Shown here: positions 58,543-64,000 of the stretch, in pieces
How the letters are laid out: each line of letters begins with the position of its first letter
Position numbering within the stretch: the first letter of the stretch is position 1
Assembly (NCBI GenBank): GCA_002269645.1
Contig: NIVC01000936.1
Coordinates: forward strand, 62,001-126,000
DNA from: Macrostomum lignano
Taxonomy: Eukaryota
Reading direction: 5' to 3'
DNA: 64,000 nucleotides
The notes under the pieces: model-generated
The model's database searches: none
What the model saw: only the letters and a program-made list of their open reading frames with translations
What the model was told of the DNA's origin: nothing
Position numbers and translations under genes: made by a program

Positions 58543-61500
58543 CTACAGTGAAAGCTGGAACTCATCGCAGGTGCGCACAAATGTGTGATTCATGAGTTGC
58601 GCCGCCGTGAGCCGCTGGCGCGGGTCGATGCGCAGACAGTCCATCAGGAAGCTCTGCGCCTCCCGGTCGAACAGCTGGTCCGGGTAGCGGCTGGAGGGGT
58701 CCTGCAGCGGCACCTGCTCAGTCTGGACCAGAAAGCCCACTTTGAAGTAGATGGCGCCCTCCTGCGGCAGGTCGTGCCAAGGCGGCTTGCCGGTCAGCAT
58801 CTGCCACACCACGCAGCCGAGGCCCCAGACGTCGCCGGGCGGTTCGCCGCGGGACTCGCCGCGGATTCGCTCGGGACTGAGGAAGGTCAAAGTGCCAACC
58901 GGCGTGTAGTGCTGCTGCTGCTGCTGCTGCTGATGCGTGTCGGAGTTGGCGTCAGCGGCGCCCATGAGATCGGGATGATTCTCGGTGTAGCGCCGGGTCC
59001 GGTGTCGCAGGCAGGTCTGGGCGCAGTCGAAGTCGCCGAGTTTGAGCTTGGCCGGCGAGGAGGTCAAAAACACGTTGGCAGATTTCACGTCCCGGTGGGT
59101 GAGCTTCTGCTCGTGAATGTAGGCCAGGGCTTTGGTGAGCAGCCCAGTGTAGTCCCGGATCATACGCAGGTCCAGGCCCTGGCCGGAGGCGCTGTGCAGG
59201 TCGCCAGCGTCGCACAGCTCCATGAACAGCAGCGCCTCGGTGCGGTGCACCTCGATGCCGTAGTACTGGACGATGTTGTCATGCGACAGCCGCTTGACCG
59301 CCTCGAACTCGTCTATGAGATCCTTCAGGTCGGACTCCGGCGCTCTGGACAGGTCGATCTTCTTCACCACCATGCTGACGCCATTGTCCAGGTTCACCGC
59401 CGTGAAGGCCACACCGCGGCCGCCTTCGCCTAGCCGGGTGCCGCGCTTCCACCGGTGCGGGAAGTGGTGGTATTTGGCCGCCGTGGCGTTTCGCGCTCCG
59501 CCGCGCTGCTGCGGGTCGATGTCTTGCCTGACGTGGCCGATCCAGCGCTTGCTGGTGAGGAACTCCTGGCGGGCGGACTCCAGCGACTCAATAGCTCGCA
59601 TGCGGCGCTCCTGCCAGCGTGGGCGGAGGGTCCGGAGTTAAGTGTTTAAGTACTAGAAAATAATTTTGATGTCTTTTTAAAGGACCCGGACACCTATAAC
59701 TGACTCGGACACCTATAATAGATTCGGACACCAATAATTGACTCGGACACCTATAATAGATTCGGACACCTATAACTGACTCGGACACCTATAATAGATT
59801 CGGACACCAATAATAGACTCGGACACCTATAATAGACTCGGACACCTATAATAGACTCGGACACCTATAATAGACTCGGACACCTATAATAGACTCGGAC
59901 ACCTATAATAGACTCGGACACCTATAATAGACTCGGACACCTATAATAGACTCGGACACCTATAATAGACTCGGACACCTATAATAGACTCGGACACCTA
60001 TAATAGACTCGGACACCTATAATAGACTCGGACACCTATAATAGACTCGGACACCTATAATAGACTCGGACACCTATAATTCACTCAAACACCTATAATT
60101 TACTCGGACACCTCAGAATCGGAAGCATAAATGACCCTAGGCATCAATAATCGAATTCAGAAAACTATACTCAAACTCGGACACCTAACAATAGATACTC
60201 GGACACCTAACAATAGGCACTCGGACACCTAACAATAGGCACTCGGACACCTAACAATGGAAACTCGGATATCTAACAATAGGCACTCGGACACCTAACA
60301 ATAGAAACTCGGATATCTAACAATAGGCACTCGGACACCTAACAATAGGCACTCGGACACCTAACAATGGAAACTCGGATATCTAACAATAGGCACTCGG
60401 ACACCTAACAATAGAAACTCGGATATCTAACAATAGGCACTCGGACACCTAACAATAGGCACTCGGACACCTAACAATAGAAACTCGGATATCTAACAAT
60501 AGGCACTCGGACACCTAACAATAGATACTCGGACACCTAACAATAGAAACTCAGACGGACCCTAACAATAGGCACTCGGACACCTAACAATAGAAACTCA
60601 GACGGACCCTAACAATAGGCACTCGGACACCTAACAATAGACACTCAGGCAGAAACCTCCCTCGGACACCTAACAATAGATTCGGACACCCAAAAATAGA
60701 TTTGGACACCCTTTAACCTGTTTCGAATCGTTTCATTTCACTCACGTGCAACCCGCCGCCCTGATTGCCCCTGTTTTGCCGGCGCCTGACTTCCTCGGAC
60801 GCGCCGCCTACAGCAGCAGCCGAGGTCACCCTGGTTTGCTGAGAAGGCGTCGACGAATGCTTAGCGGCGTTGCCAACCAGATGGCTGATGCAGTCGTTCA
60901 CCAGTCTGCGGAATTTGTCAAACAATTCGCGGCTGACCAGGCCAACCAGGCCGGGCACGCAGATGGTCAGCAGGAAGTCGCAGAACGGGCTGGACCAGCG
61001 GGGCAGGCGGCCCTAGCCAATTAGTATAGGAATTGCTATTCAGCTACTGAACCGGAAGTGCAATTATCAACAATAACAGTAGCCTAAATATCGAACCGGA
61101 AGTGGAACTATCAACAATAACAGTAGCCTAAATATCAAACCGGAAGTGGAATTATCAACAATAACAGTAGCCTAAATATCGAACCGGAAGTGGAATTATC
61201 AACAATAACAGTAGCCTAAATATCGAACCGGAAGTGGAATTATCAACAATAACAGTAGCCTAAATATCGAACCGGAAGTGGAACTATCAACAATAACAGT
61301 AGCCTAAATATCGAACCGGAAGTGGAACTATCAACAATAACAGTAGCCTAAATATCGAACCGGAAGTGGAATTATCAACAATAACAGTAGCCTAAATATC
61401 GAACCGGAAGTGGAATTATAAACAATAACAGTAGCCTAAATATCGAACCGGAAGTGGAATTATCAACAATAACAGTAGCCTAAATATCGAACCGGAAGTG

Positions 61501-63878
61501 GAACTATCAACAATAACAGTAGCCTAAATATCGAACCGGAAGTGGAATTATAAACAATAACAGTAGCCTAAATATCGAACCGGAAGTGGAACTATCAACA
61601 ATAACAGTAGCCTAAATATCGAACCGGAAGTGGAACTATCAACAATAACAGTAGCCTAAATATCGAACCGGAAGTGGAACTATCAACAATAAAAGTAGCC
61701 TAAATATCGAACCGGAAGTGGAACTATCAACAATAACAGTAGCCTAAATATCGAACCGGAAGTGGAATTATCAACAATAACAGTAGCCTAAATATCAAAG
61801 CGGAAGTGGAATTATCAACAATAACAGTAGCCTAAATATCGAACCGGAAGTGGAATTATAAACAATAACAGTAGCCTAAATATCAAACCGGAAGTGGAAT
61901 TATCAACAATAACAGTAGCCTAAATATCGAACCGGAAGTGGAATTATAAACAATAACAGTAGCCTTAATATCGAACCGGAAGTGGAATTATCAACAATAA
62001 CAGTAGCCTAAATATCGAACCGGAAGTGGAACTATAAACAATAACAGTAGCCTAAATATCGAACCGGAAGTGGAACTATCAACAATAACAGTAGCCTAAA
62101 TATCGAACCGGAAGTGGAACTATCAACAATAACAGTAGCCTAAATATCGAACCGGAAGTGGAACTATCAACAATAACAGTAGCCTAAATATCGAACCGGA
62201 AGTGGAACTATCAACAATAACAGTAGCCTAAATATCGAACCGGAAGCGGAACTATCAACAATAACAGTAGCCTAAATATCGAACCGGAAGTGGAATTATC
62301 AACAATAACAGTAGCCTAAATATCGAACCGGAAGTGGAACTATCAACAATAACAGTAGCCTAAATATCGAACCGGAAGTGGAACTATCAACAATAACAGT
62401 AGCCTAAATATCGAACCGGAAGTGGAATTATCAACAATAACAGTTGCCTAAATATCGAACCGGAAGTGGAATTATCAACAATAAGAGTAGCCTAAATATC
62501 GAACCGGAAGTAAAATTATCAACAATAACAGTAGCTTAAATATCGAACCGGAAGTGGAACAAACAATACACAGCTGCTTACCTGACCCTCCTCGCAGCGG
62601 TCTTTAATAAAAGTCCAGTAAAGCTCGACCAGTTCCACAAAATGGGTGAACAGCTCAACCCGGTTAACTTCATCGGCGTAAAGGCGAACCAGCTCTTTGT
62701 TGTACTCGAACGAAACTCGAAAGCCCTGGTGCAGGGCGTCCTGCGGCCAGATGTCGCCTTCGTCTTGCACCATGCGGCGTAGGCAGCCAAAAATGTCTTG
62801 GCGCAACGAGTGGGCGCTTCGCTTGAGCTGCTGCATGTGCTGAAAGACGTCGTCGAAACAGCAGATGGCCTGGTCGCGCGGTACGATGAAGCCATTCAGC
62901 TTGTTTTCCAGGATGCTGCTCAGTGCCTCGAGCTCGGAGCTGTTCGGGGAGATTAGCAAAATCTCTTTCTTCTTGTTCTTGGGCACCTAGATTAGTTGAG
63001 ATGGGTTCGGTGAGTCACTTCCTTGTTTTTAGTAAAGAAAGAAATCAGGTTGTTTGGGGACACACATTGATATTCTACTAGTCAGGGTCATTCAAGGTCA
63101 CAGTGAAGATCCTACCGCTGAGTCCCCACACAGAGGGTCACTCTTAGCAACCTAGCCAAGGTCATTTAGGGTCACTTTTGACACCCTAGCCAAGATCATT
63201 TAAGGTCACTTTTAACATGCTAGCCAAGGTCATTTAAGGTCACTTTTAACATGCTAGCCAAGGTCATTTAGGGTCACTTTTAACATGCTAGCCAAGGTCA
63301 TTTAGGGTCACTTTTGACATCCTAGACAAGGTCATTTAGGGTCACTTTTAACATGCTAGCCAAGGTCATTTAGGGTCACTTTTGACAGCCTAGCCAAGGT
63401 CATTTAAGGTCACTTTTGACATCCTAGCAAAGGTCACCTAAGGTCACTTTTGACATGCTAGCCAAGGTCATTTAGGGTCACTTTTGACAAACTAGCCAAG
63501 GTCATTTAGGGTCACTTTTGACATCCTAGCAAAGGTTATTTAGGGTCATTTTTGACATCCTAGCCAAGATCATTTACGGTTACTTTTGGCGTTCTAGCCA
63601 AGGTCATTTAGGGTCACTTTTGACATGCTAGCCAAGGTAATTTAGTGTCACGGTTAATATTCTAGCGAATAATCCATTTAGGGTCATTAAAAAAGTTCAG
63701 AAGCTAGGGCCTCACCCGAACACTCGCCAAGTTGAGTCTGTACTCGGCATCGGACGACTGAATGGTGACCTCTTCGCCTGTCCAGACCAAATTTTTGTCC
63801 AGAGTTTTGTCCACGGCAACCAGGGGACAGTTCACCGGCCAGTCTCTCTTCTGGTTGGAATTGAGGAAGTCGCTGAGC
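58543..63878 (-). CDS. MAP3K4: MAP3K4/MEKK4-like kinase, 3' exons; gene continues beyond the right edge. Exons 63878-63716, 62986-62582, 61012-60746, 59610-58543
   Basis: Exons in phase. LHQGFRVSFEYNKELVRL..FIKDRCEEGQGRLPRW..CDFL..LVNDCISHLVG and IGHV..RWKRGTRLGEG..YYGIEVHRTE..FMELCDAG..HRDVKSANVFLTSS..KLGDF match recalled MEKK4-specific motifs. Confidence 0.85.
59690..60115. repeat. 19-bp minisatellite (GACTCGGACACCTATAATA)n in MAP3K4 intron
   Basis: Tandem copies. Confidence 0.93.
60172..60712. repeat. ~22-bp minisatellite (ACTCGGACACCTAACAATAGGC)n, related to the 19-bp array
   Basis: Shares the CTCGGACACCTA core. Confidence 0.9.
61045..62555. repeat. 44-bp minisatellite (AACCGGAAGTGGAAYTATCAACAATAACAGTAGCCTAAATATCG)n filling a MAP3K4 intron
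   Basis: About 34 near-identical head-to-tail copies with no unique spacers. Confidence 0.95.
63150..63650. repeat. 34-bp minisatellite (GCCAAGGTCATTTAGGGTCACTTTTGACATGCTA)n in MAP3K4 intron
   Basis: About 14-15 copies. Confidence 0.9.
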
Positions 63879-64000
63879 CTGAGAAATATTAGTACGTTTG
63901 GTGACATCATATGTCGATAAAAAGTGTACGTAGGAGAAGTAAAGGTTCTTAGTTTACTCAATAGAAACTAGTGTGAAAGATAGCATTTGTAAGGCTGTAC

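Noticed and set aside
61045-62555. CRISPR array
   Set aside because: Units are contiguous near-identical 44-mers with no unique spacers, inside a spliceosomal intron, with no cas genes.

Overview
Eukaryotic (metazoan) genomic DNA, most likely a free-living flatworm such as Macrostomum. This is inferred from GC-rich exons, AT-rich introns filled with private tandem repeats, TTAGGG repeats and a flatworm-type HFFRL neuropeptide. Five spliced protein-coding genes can be rebuilt by hand with phase-consistent splice sites. (1) The 5' part of ACTR10/Arp11 (minus strand, runs off the left edge). (2) A short kettin/sallimus-like muscle protein with 5 Ig domains and a ~770-codon Q/P/M-rich terminal exon (minus). 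(3) A complete mitochondrial GABA transaminase, ABAT (plus, 8 exons, 496 aa), whose last intron is a ~13-kb 8-bp satellite. (4) A 107-aa neuropeptide prohormone (KK-GFHFFRL-RRR) that the ORF track misses. (5) The 3' part of a MAP3K4/MEKK4-like kinase with DFD in place of DFG (minus, runs off the right edge). Mobile elements: an internally deleted P element with perfect 67-bp TIRs and an intact spliced THAP ORF, a P-type MITE, a hAT-type MITE, a foldback-like element and two copies of a tRNA-headed SINE. By rough manual sum, about half of the window is micro/minisatellite, and most long ORFs in the supplied track are artefacts of these repeats. There are no prokaryotic features and no CRISPR array. 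Coordinates were read by eye and repeat boundaries are approximate. Family assignments rest on recalled motifs, not on database searches.
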